From NCBI GenBank assembly GCA_023262965.1, contig JALQXX010000002.1, forward strand, positions 22,173-86,172: a stretch of DNA of 64,000 nt. The letters are read 5' to 3'. Within the stretch, counting starts at the first letter, position 1, and each line of letters starts with the position of its first letter. The notes beneath the pieces were generated by a model that ran no database searches, was not told the DNA's origin, and saw nothing but the letters and a program-made list of their open reading frames with translations. The stretch is from Candidatus Marinamargulisbacteria bacterium. GTDB lineage: Bacteria > Margulisbacteria > Marinamargulisbacteria > UBA817. Positions 1 to 8,077 of this stretch are shown piece by piece. The translations under genes and the position numbers were made by a program.

Positions 1-809
1 AATTTTGTTTTTAAAATGGCAATACGTGTTTCAAATTCGGGGGGTTGAATATCGGCTGTTAATCCCCAACTAAATCGGGTTTTTAGACGATCCTGAAGCG
101 TGGGGATATCATTGGGTGGGCAGTCGGATGTAATAACAATTTGTTTATTTTGTCCGTGCAATTCATTGAAGGTATGAAAAAATTCCTCCTGAGTGGATTC
201 TTTGCCCGCAATAAATTGGATATCATCAATTAAAAGAACATCAATGCTTCGATACCGATTTTTAAACTCGGATGTTGCTCGGTTTTTTAATGAGTTAATT
301 AGATCATTTGTAAATTTTTCTGAGGTGACAATTGAAATGCGAAGCGATGTTTTACTCAGTTCATTAGCAATAGCGTGCAATAAATGGGTTTTACCAACAC
401 CGGCGGAACCGTATATAAATAGGGGGTTATAGGCGTTTGCGGGTCGTTTGGAAACCGCCTCTGCTGCGGCATAGGCAAACCGATTGTTATTACCTATAAT
501 GAATTGATCAAATGTAAATAAGGCGTTGAATTTGGATGAGGATTGAATTGGTGTTTCTTCAAACAAGGGGGGTTCATGCGAAATGGTATCCGATTCTTGA
601 ATATGAATAACAACCGGGTCATTTGTGAACGATTCAATAATCGCTAGGCATTTGGTTTCCAACCATCGCTTGATATAGTCATTGGTCACCGTTAGTGTTA
701 GTTGATTGGACGCATGGGACACCTCTACCGAGTTTTTAAAGATCAACAGGTTTGGTTCACTCAGATGATTCTGCAATTTTTCGATTAAAATCTCATGTGT
801 TATGATCAT
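1..809 (-). CDS. dnaA: Chromosomal replication initiator DnaA, N-terminal ~270 aa (3' end runs off the window start)
   Basis: The minus-strand frame is open from 809 to the window edge and is absent from the ORF track because it has no stop inside the window. Translation begins [16 protein letters not shown]... and includes Walker [18 protein letters not shown] and the DnaA signature [29 protein letters not shown]. The ATG at 809 was deduced by reverse-complementing 801-809. Confidence 0.85.
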   Translation of the reverse strand, partial: MIITHEILIEKLQNHLSEPNLLIFKNSVEVSHASNQLTLTVTNDYIKRWLETKCLAIIESFTNDPVVIHIQESDTISHEPPLFEETPIQSSSKFNALFTFDQFIIGNNNRFAYAAAEAVSKRPANAYNPLFIYGSAGVGKTHLLHAIANELSKTSLRISIVTSEKFTNDLINSLKNRATSEFKNRYRSIDVLLIDDIQFIAGKESTQEEFFHTFNELHGQNKQIVITSDCPPNDIPTLQDRLKTRFSWGLTADIQPPEFETRIAILKTK

Positions 810-811
810 AC

Positions 812-873
812 TTATCCACAATTATACCCACAAAATGCTGCTTATCACCAGGTTATCCACAAGGTTATCCACA
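812..873. promoter_or_regulatory. Cluster of four DnaA boxes immediately upstream of dnaA (dnaA promoter/autoregulation region, possible part of oriC)
   Basis: Three sites match the E. coli consensus TTATCCACA exactly, at 812-820, 853-861 and 865-873. A fourth one-mismatch box TTATCACCA lies at 842-850. All four have the same orientation and sit within 65 bp of the dnaA start codon. Confidence 0.6.
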
Positions 874-1617
874 TTTTTTGGCAACAATATAAACACTGGG
901 ACCAATATCCCATTGGCTAAAAAACCAGTTAGCAACCATGTCTAAAGCCATTAGCCATTGGGGGGGAACCCACTTTTTTAAAAAGTGAGAACGAAACAGC
1001 CCCATTTGCCGCTTACATACAATATTAAAACCTTTTATTTTAAAAATTTCAATTATTTTTTTTGTATTATATGTATAGTACTGATTAGACCGTTTAATAC
1101 GATCCAATTTTTTTTGAAAGGGGCGCTTAAGGCGTTGTTTGATATGGTAATAATTGGGGATATCCATAATCAGAATGCCATTGGGGGATAATTGATGATA
1201 CAGGCGGTCAAGCAATCGTTCTGTATCGGGCAAATGGTGAAGGGTTCGGATGGATATAATAACATCCATGGGATACGGGAGAGTGATATCATAAAGGGAT
1301 TGCTGGTACCGATGATAGCCACTTGTAGCGGTGAAGCGGGAGTCAATTTGATTCAGCATGGATGCGGCATAATCGACCAAATGGTACTGTTCAAACAGGT
1401 TTTCATAAGCGGGGATTAATCGGCCAAATCCACAACCAGCATCGCAGATATGGGTATGTTGGGTTGCCCAGTTTTGAATCAGGCGACGAACCATTGTGAC
1501 TTCGCTTTGATGCTCGTATGTTCGATTGGCTTTGGACCAAAATTGGGTACGATAATCATAATCGTTGTAGTCACATACGGTTGGGTTGGTTTGCCCGGAG
1601 GTCATTGAGAACACCAC
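865..1617 (-). CDS. Class I SAM-dependent methyltransferase
   Basis: 250-aa ORF with motif I VICDAGCGFGRL (hh-D-h-G-C-G-x-G) and a typical Rossmann-fold MTase layout. Its 3' end overlaps the DnaA-box cluster. Confidence 0.55.
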   Translation of the reverse strand: MVFSMTSGQTNPTVCDYNDYDYRTQFWSKANRTYEHQSEVTMVRRLIQNWATQHTHICDAGCGFGRLIPAYENLFEQYHLVDYAASMLNQIDSRFTATSGYHRYQQSLYDITLPYPMDVIISIRTLHHLPDTERLLDRLYHQLSPNGILIMDIPNYYHIKQRLKRPFQKKLDRIKRSNQYYTYNTKKIIEIFKIKGFNIVCKRQMGLFRSHFLKKWVPPQWLMALDMVANWFFSQWDIGPSVYIVAKKCG

Positions 1618-1676
1618 ATAACGTATATCCTAGTTCATGGTGAGGCGTTTGGTCAAACGCCATTGCGCGTACGGGT

Positions 1677-2297
1677 TTAGGGAACAATGGCGACTTTTCC
1701 ACGACCGATTACAGTGCCGTTGTGAATAAAAATGTAGAAGTATACACCGGAGGACATGTCATAACCACCGAGTTCTTGCTTATTAAATGTCAGGGTATTC
1801 TTACCACTTTGGCCACATTTGCTATTCATACTGCATTTTTTATTAAATATTTTTCGGCCAAAGATATCGTACATATGAATATCGATGTCCATGGCTTGGG
1901 ACAATTGGTAATGCAGTTTTGCACCTTGTGAAAATTTAAATGGATTGGGGTAAAAGAGTGGCTCCTCCATTAGCTTAAATTCAGCATCTGCAACCATATT
2001 AATATCATCAACGGCTATTGTCCCTTCGGCAGAATCAAATAGAAAATTATTAAATGCAACCCGTGTGACAACGAGATCATCACTGTAATTAAGGCCACTA
2101 TTGACGAACCAGAACCCCAATACATTCAATTTTTTATTTTCGCTGGATGCAATCACATTCGCAGGTGTTGCGGCGGATGAGGTGGTTGTTGGGTTGCTAA
2201 CAGCATTAAAATCATACGATGATACGGTTATATTTCCGAATGTGTGTATCGATAAGAAAATCGTTAGTACCAAATAGAAAATTCGTGAATAATGCAT
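1677..2297 (-). CDS. Small secreted protein with T9SS (Por) C-terminal sorting domain
   Basis: N-terminal signal peptide MHYSRIFYLVLTIFLSIHTFG. The C-terminal ~80 aa (YPNPFKF...DIDIHMYDIFGRKI...ELGGYDMSSGVYFYIFIHNGTVIGRGKVAIV) matches the TIGR04183 Por_Secre_tail pattern: PNP, IxxYDxxGRKV and GxYF followed by K-hydrophobic at the C-terminus. Confidence 0.5.
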   Translation of the reverse strand: MHYSRIFYLVLTIFLSIHTFGNITVSSYDFNAVSNPTTTSSAATPANVIASSENKKLNVLGFWFVNSGLNYSDDLVVTRVAFNNFLFDSAEGTIAVDDINMVADAEFKLMEEPLFYPNPFKFSQGAKLHYQLSQAMDIDIHMYDIFGRKIFNKKCSMNSKCGQSGKNTLTFNKQELGGYDMSSGVYFYIFIHNGTVIGRGKVAIVP

Positions 2298-2371
2298 GTT
2301 TCCCCCCTGCAGTGTTAGTATTCCCTACCGGTTGTGTTTTTAAACATTAAATTCGGCGATAGCCGGTGTTG

Positions 2372-3988
2372 TTACGGGTTCGATGAAAACAACCCACGAT
2401 TCACCTCATCAACCGTTAGCCGTTTTAAAATGTGGGTATAGGGCTGTATGGGATGATTGATCAGGGGATGATGGCAATCCGACCATTGGGTGGGTTTCGT
2501 GTTTAGGAGCGTATGAATGGCCGCCGTAATTCGCGGCATAACCGGCATTAAATAGATGCTGATAATGGATGCGGCATTCAGTGCTACGGTGGCAACGGTT
2601 TGGGCAGCATCCGGTGCCATGCCCCAGGGGGCTTTGGCATCAATATACTGATTGGTCCATTCCGCACAGGCCATAATACGACGCATAGCTCGATGAAATG
2701 CCGTGTTATCGTAATCATGTTGAATGGCGGTCGACTCCTGGCGAATACGATGCAATAAGGCATCCCCATCGGCATCAATGGTGCTCAATCGGCCCTCACA
2801 TTTTTTGGTGATAATAGCTCCCATACGACTGACAATATTGACAAATTTGCCCAAAACATCGGCGTTAACCCGATTCACAAAATCCGATACACTAAAGTCC
2901 ATATCATCCAATGATGGGGATAGCTTTGCTGCGTAGTAGTACCGCAAACTGTCCGTATCCAAATGAGCCGCATAGTCACGGGCTAAAATAAAGGTTCCCC
3001 GACTTTTGGACATTTTTTCGCCATTGACGGTTAGAAAGCCGTGAACATGAATGCGTTTGGGCTGTTGAAGACCCGCTACCGAAAGCATAGCAGGCCAAAA
3101 CAAGGTATGAAAATACATAATATCTTTGCCAATAAAGTGATGAATATCGGCATTATTCCATACATCTTGGTACGACAAACCCTGCGATGTCGCCCAATAG
3201 TCGGTAGCGGCGATATACCCAACGGGGGCATCCAGCCATACATAGAAATATTTGTTAATCGTGTCGGGAATGGGAAACCCAAAGTAGGGGGCGTCTCGGG
3301 ATATGTCCCAATCGTTTAAACCGGCGTCAAACCACTCCTGCAGCTTATTTTTAACGGCATCAACAACGGGATTGGTGGTCAACCACTGTTGAATAACCGA
3401 TGTATACTTGGATACTGTAAAAAAATAATGCGTGGATGTTCGAATAACCGGGGCTTTTCCCGAAAAAACGGATACGGGGTTTTTCAAATCGGTGGCGGCA
3501 TAGGTAGCGTAGCACACTTCACAGGTATCACCATATTGATCCGGGGCGTTACAGGATGGGCAATGCCCTTTAATATACCGATCCGCTAAAAAGAGACCCG
3601 ATTGTTCGCAAAAATACTGGTCAATATCGCGGGTAATAATCGCTCCATCAGCGCGAGCCGAACGGTAAATATCAGCCGAAATACGCTGATTTTCGGGGGA
3701 ATGCGTGGAATAATACGCGTCGTACGATATATTAAATAACGAAAAATCCGCCATATGTTGGTGACGCACACGGTCAATATAGGTTTCAGGTGGGATACCG
3801 TGACGTTCGGCACTCATCATGACCGCGGTACCGTGGGTATCATCGGCACAGAGATAGACACAGGGACGTCCCATTAATCGGTTGAATCGAACATAAATAT
3901 CGGTTTGGATATGCTCAACCATATGACCCAAATGAATATCACCATTGGCATACGGTAACGCACTGGTTACCAATCGAAGCTTGCTCAT
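2372..3988 (-). CDS. metG: Methionyl-tRNA synthetase (short form)
   Basis: 538 aa with the class I HIGH motif (PYANGDIHLGHMVEH) and KMSKS (GEKMSKSRG). Zn-knuckle Cys residues are present (CPSCNAPDQYGDTCEVC). Confidence 0.9.
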   Translation of the reverse strand: MSKLRLVTSALPYANGDIHLGHMVEHIQTDIYVRFNRLMGRPCVYLCADDTHGTAVMMSAERHGIPPETYIDRVRHQHMADFSLFNISYDAYYSTHSPENQRISADIYRSARADGAIITRDIDQYFCEQSGLFLADRYIKGHCPSCNAPDQYGDTCEVCYATYAATDLKNPVSVFSGKAPVIRTSTHYFFTVSKYTSVIQQWLTTNPVVDAVKNKLQEWFDAGLNDWDISRDAPYFGFPIPDTINKYFYVWLDAPVGYIAATDYWATSQGLSYQDVWNNADIHHFIGKDIMYFHTLFWPAMLSVAGLQQPKRIHVHGFLTVNGEKMSKSRGTFILARDYAAHLDTDSLRYYYAAKLSPSLDDMDFSVSDFVNRVNADVLGKFVNIVSRMGAIITKKCEGRLSTIDADGDALLHRIRQESTAIQHDYDNTAFHRAMRRIMACAEWTNQYIDAKAPWGMAPDAAQTVATVALNAASIISIYLMPVMPRITAAIHTLLNTKPTQWSDCHHPLINHPIQPYTHILKRLTVDEVNRGLFSSNP

Positions 3989-4363
3989 GGAACCAGTATA
4001 CCAAGCTTTGGGGGTTCATTGAATGGGTGGTTAGGGCATATGTAGTCGTTCTTCATTTGATTATTTTTTTATCATTGAAATAGGATTGTGATGCACTATA
4101 TTATTCATAATAGAATATATTCAAGAATTAAAGCGTACAAAGGACTGTCATTTAAAACAGGATTATCATACAGGTTAGGGAAAAGGGGGTATGAAGGGGG
4201 AGGGATTCAATTGAAAGTAGAATAAGGTTAGAGACTGTAGGTGGAGTGAACAAATAATGGGAGGGCGGCGCCACCGGTCGCCATGGGTACACTTTAATTA
4301 AATTAATCAAAAAATTTAAAGGCGGCTACGGAATGTAAGCTGAGGTACGAAAATGCGCTGATT

Positions 4364-4392
4364 TTGACAAATCCACGCCCATAATGTACAAT
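4364..4392 (+). promoter_or_regulatory. Sigma-70-like promoter candidate upstream of the sigma-54 activator gene (TTGACA-N17-TACAAT)
   Basis: TTGACA at 4364-4369, a 17-nt spacer, then TACAAT at 4387-4392, 10 nt before the ATG at 4403. This is a sequence match only. Confidence 0.25.
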
Positions 4393-4402
4393 AAATGGTC
4401 AT

Positions 4403-5839
4403 ATGAGCGCAGATAACTGGACAATGGATACACAGGCCTTGCTGGTGCATTGGCAGGCGCAATTGCAAACCAACCCCCAGTATCGGGATATCACCGATCG
4501 AGAAACGGCGGTTATTACAAGGCACGCCAATGCATTTTTAAAGGAATGTATTCAGGTATCCCAGTCGGTTTTAATGACGGATTCGGCCGCAATCACGACG
4601 CTTTTAGCGTTTTTACGGTCATGGCGGTCACCGTCCCGTCAGGATAGGTTATCGATTCGGGAAATTACCCTGATGATACTGTCATTAAAGTCCAGCTTAA
4701 CCGATTATATTACACGAAATCCGGCATCGTTATCGGGACTAAAGGGGTTAAATGATGTGTTGGATTGGATTGGATTGATGGTATTTGAATTGTATTCCCA
4801 TGAACAAGAAACGATTATTGCCCATCAATCGGAGCAAATTACCTATCTGACAAAAAAAAGTGCGTTTGGGCAGATTATTGGGGAATCCAATGCGATGAAA
4901 ACGGTGTACCAAGCCATTGGGTTGGTGTTGGACAACGATGTAAATGTATTGCTTCAGGGGGAAAGCGGGACCGGAAAAGATGTGATTGCCACCGTCATTC
5001 ACACCCATTCCAAGCGTAAAAAATACCCCTTTGTTACGGTGAACTGTGGGGCTATTCCCGAACATTTAATTGAATCGGAGTTTTTTGGGCATGAACGAGG
5101 CGCTTTTACGGGTGCCGATACACGACGGATTGGAAAATTTGAATTGGCCAACAATGGCACATTATTTTTGGACGAGATTAGTGAATTAAATCTTTCCCAA
5201 CAAACAACCTTGCTACGCGTGCTTCAAAACAATGAGATTCAGCGAGTGGGCGGGAATGACACCATTCCGATTGACGTCCGTATTATTGCCGCATCCAATA
5301 AGCCTTTGGAGGATTTGGTTGCGTCGAATCAGTTTCGATTGGATTTGTTTTACCGAATCAATGTGTTTCCTATTTTTATTCCACGATTAGCGGATCGGGG
5401 CACGGATATTATTGTGCTTGCCCACCATTTTATTGATAAATACAGCGCGACCTTTGGCATTCCAAAAGCCACCCTTACGCCTTCGGCGGAACAGTACCTG
5501 ATGCATTGTGATTGGCCAGGCAATATTCGGGAGCTTGAAAATACGATTCAGCGCGCGGTTATCATTAGCCATGGAAAGCCCATTACAGAGGCTATTTTTC
5601 AGTATACGCCGGGAAAAAGGCCCTTGGCATCCCCATTGCTGTTGCCAGAACCGGGCCCTCAGCCGTTTACCCCCATAACGTTGGCGGATCATGAAGCCAA
5701 TGCGATTCGCCAATCATTGGCGTATTTTAATGGCAATATGAAAAAAACGGCGCAATCGCTGGGCATATCTCGGACCACGCTCTATAACAAATGCGATCAC
5801 TACGGGATCCACATCACCAAGGCCTCTATACAAAATTAA
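4403..5839 (+). CDS. Sigma-54-dependent transcriptional activator (bacterial enhancer-binding protein), no receiver domain
   Basis: Central AAA+ sigma-54 interaction domain with Walker A GESGTGKD, the GAFTGA motif (ERGAFTGA) and an arginine finger region. C-terminal Fis-type HTH (KKTAQSLGISRTTLYNKCDHYGI). The N-terminal ~165 aa lack the aspartate pocket of a response-regulator receiver. Confidence 0.85.
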   Translation: MSADNWTMDTQALLVHWQAQLQTNPQYRDITDRETAVITRHANAFLKECIQVSQSVLMTDSAAITTLLAFLRSWRSPSRQDRLSIREITLMILSLKSSLTDYITRNPASLSGLKGLNDVLDWIGLMVFELYSHEQETIIAHQSEQITYLTKKSAFGQIIGESNAMKTVYQAIGLVLDNDVNVLLQGESGTGKDVIATVIHTHSKRKKYPFVTVNCGAIPEHLIESEFFGHERGAFTGADTRRIGKFELANNGTLFLDEISELNLSQQTTLLRVLQNNEIQRVGGNDTIPIDVRIIAASNKPLEDLVASNQFRLDLFYRINVFPIFIPRLADRGTDIIVLAHHFIDKYSATFGIPKATLTPSAEQYLMHCDWPGNIRELENTIQRAVIISHGKPITEAIFQYTPGKRPLASPLLLPEPGPQPFTPITLADHEANAIRQSLAYFNGNMKKTAQSLGISRTTLYNKCDHYGIHITKASIQN

Positions 5840-5845
5840 AAGGGA

Positions 5846-6427
5846 TTAACGAAACCACCGCGTAATGGGTGGGGTCTGACAGGCGATTCCAATACCCAAT
5901 CGAATTTGAGGTGAGGCAATGGTGTCAATGTAAATTCGATGAAAGGATACATCAATATCCACCAAAACAGAGGGTGTGATGCGCATGCGCTGCCCAAGGG
6001 CCAGGGCGATACTTAGCCCCGCATCGTCATACGAAACCGCGCCAATCAGGCCTTGAATGTATAACTGGCCACCAAACCACCCCATACCGGGATACAACCG
6101 CCCGCCCCCCATAATCCCATACGTGCCGGTAAACCGACGCTGTGAAACGTCCGGATTGTAAAAGCTGTGCCATAGGATACCCCAACCCGTTGCAGGTTGG
6201 GTTTGGTATCCTACGCGGATGTCCCCCCGAATGATCAACTCGCCCAAATCCACAATCACATAGGATTGCGATGGCGTCCCCTTAGAAGCCGGCGCAGACG
6301 TTTCGCGCACCGACGCATCCACACGCAGGGGTTTTGGGGCTTTGGGAATACTATCGTCAAACAATGTTTGGCTAAACCCAACGATTGTAAGCGTACATAA
6401 CCAAATAATTGTGTGTAAAAAATACAT
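5846..6427 (-). CDS. Hypothetical outer-membrane/porin-like protein
   Basis: Signal peptide MYFLHTIIWLCTLTIVGFS, followed by Gly/Tyr-rich alternating amphipathic segments typical of small beta-barrels. No specific family recognised. Confidence 0.3.
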   Translation of the reverse strand: MYFLHTIIWLCTLTIVGFSQTLFDDSIPKAPKPLRVDASVRETSAPASKGTPSQSYVIVDLGELIIRGDIRVGYQTQPATGWGILWHSFYNPDVSQRRFTGTYGIMGGGRLYPGMGWFGGQLYIQGLIGAVSYDDAGLSIALALGQRMRITPSVLVDIDVSFHRIYIDTIASPQIRLGIGIACQTPPITRWFR

Positions 6428-6473
6428 GTTTTGTATTATAATAGGTTTTTATGGATATGACTAGTGCACAATT

Positions 6474-7406
6474 ATGATTTATATTATTGACGGGGATAGC
6501 CCTGCCCAAGTGGCTCTTGAAACGGATCGATTGTGCCGACAATTGCAGGTGCCAATGGTGACCATTCGGGGGGAACGGGGATTTCAAGACTGTTTAGCTC
6601 GGTGCTTATGTGGGGATTTGTTTACGGATAACCAAGGATTTATAATCAATAATCCCGCATGGCTTAAAGAAACCGGCGCGGCGATTACCGATGGGTTGGG
6701 CACCCTGTTGGCTAGCGCGGTACCCATTATTATTATCACCCCACTGCTTGATAAACGCAGTCGCATTGCCAAATGGTTTGTAAAACACAAATGCCCCATT
6801 AAAACATGCCAGGCCTTTAAAGAGTGGGAAACCGATAAACTCGCCCAATGGGTGACCGATTATGCGGCTTTTCATCATGTTGCATTGGAACCGACGGCAT
6901 TGGCTCATATGATTCGGTTGTTTGGTACGCATATTGCCGCCATTGTGAACGCCATTAATGGGGTATCGGTGGCCATTTTGCCGCGGACAACGATTCGTAT
7001 TGCGGATTTAGACGCAATGGTAGGGGATGCCGCCGGACATTATGCGACGCTGTATCAAGCGATTCTTTGTGGTGATGCCGCCGCCATTACGCAATCGGCA
7101 CATGCGTTACTCACATGTCGGGAAGATCCCTACAAGGTGATTAACACCGTGTTGTTTCAGTTGAGTCAATTGCTTTTGTTTGATGCTGGGGTGCGGAACA
7201 ATAAATCGGCCGCTGACATTGCCAAAGACTGTCAAAAACATCCCTACTATGTGGGGAAGCAGTTGGATATGATTCGTAAAAATCCCTTACGCCGGCAATG
7301 GCCCGCATGGATTGCGTGTCTGGCCAAGGGCGATCGGTTGGTTAAGCAGGGAGCCGCCGCGCCTGAGCATACCGTAATTGCGTGGATAGCGGGGATTATT
7401 TATTAA
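6474..7406 (+). CDS. holA: DNA polymerase III delta subunit (HolA)-like
   Basis: 310 aa. The C-terminal region (DLDAMVGDAAGHYATLYQAILCGDAAAITQSAHALLTCREDPYKVINTVLFQLSQLL) resembles the HolA C-terminal helical domain, and the size fits. Assignment is by pattern only. Confidence 0.45.
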   Translation: MIYIIDGDSPAQVALETDRLCRQLQVPMVTIRGERGFQDCLARCLCGDLFTDNQGFIINNPAWLKETGAAITDGLGTLLASAVPIIIITPLLDKRSRIAKWFVKHKCPIKTCQAFKEWETDKLAQWVTDYAAFHHVALEPTALAHMIRLFGTHIAAIVNAINGVSVAILPRTTIRIADLDAMVGDAAGHYATLYQAILCGDAAAITQSAHALLTCREDPYKVINTVLFQLSQLLLFDAGVRNNKSAADIAKDCQKHPYYVGKQLDMIRKNPLRRQWPAWIACLAKGDRLVKQGAAAPEHTVIAWIAGIIY

Positions 7407-7466
7407 TATTATTCGATACATTTTAAAAAATAGGGGGGTCGATATCCTCTAATAGAGAGGTGCCTT

Positions 7467-7814
7467 ATGAATCAATTGAATATACACGATGACAATAATA
7501 TAACGCCACGATCGGAAAGTGGTCGTCGGTTAACCGATATGGATCGGGAGGCATTTCGTAAGGAAATGGACACCATCAATGCGTTGGTGGAGATGTTTAT
7601 GAATGACGATAGTGATGCGGGTAATAGCGATGCGGTGTCTGAGATGGCGCGGGACACCACGCCGGAGACGGTTGGGTCGGGAGGGTCATCCCTTACGCAG
7701 CAATTTTCCTACAATGACCCGTCAATTGCGTATCGTGAACGGTTGCAGCGGATTGGACAACTCAAACAAGATCCCACCGGACGGAATATAAAAGCGGCCG
7801 GAGAAGACCTGTAA
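7467..7814 (+). CDS. Hypothetical acidic protein (115 aa)
   Basis: ORF preceded by AGAGAGGTG, 7 nt upstream. Highly acidic, no recognisable domain. Confidence 0.3.
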   Translation: MNQLNIHDDNNITPRSESGRRLTDMDREAFRKEMDTINALVEMFMNDDSDAGNSDAVSEMARDTTPETVGSGGSSLTQQFSYNDPSIAYRERLQRIGQLKQDPTGRNIKAAGEDL

Positions 7815-7816
7815 TT

Positions 7817-8065
7817 GTGACCCACATTGACGCGATATCATCGAATATGGGGGATGTTTTTTTTGGCGGAATGGGGTCTGAGGATGCCATTTCGAATCAG
7901 TGTCGGGATTGCGTCGCATCGTCCACCAGCTTGGATGAATTGGACGATAAATTGGCTGTTTTGGAACGGGTTGGTGCGGGGGGGCATCCCATGGTTCAAG
8001 CCATCCGTGGCCATATGGATGCGGGGGCATCGTTTGAGACCATTCGGGCCGAATTAGCCCAATAG
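7817..8065 (+). CDS. Hypothetical small protein (82 aa)
   Basis: Starts 3 nt after the previous ORF's stop, so it may be co-transcribed. No recognisable domain. Confidence 0.25.
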   Translation: MTHIDAISSNMGDVFFGGMGSEDAISNQCRDCVASSTSLDELDDKLAVLERVGAGGHPMVQAIRGHMDAGASFETIRAELAQ

Positions 8066-8077
8066 TGGGGTGGGGGG

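Noticed and set aside
193-432. 79-aa plus-strand ORF near the window start
   Set aside because: It lies entirely antisense to the well-supported dnaA reading frame and has no RBS or homology, so it is a shadow ORF.
3989-4402. AT-rich 414-bp intergenic region, considered as oriC/DUE
   Set aside because: No convincing DnaA boxes: the best are TTATCATAC-type with at least 2 mismatches. The perfect boxes are at 812-873 instead. It is retained only as a promoter/leader region.
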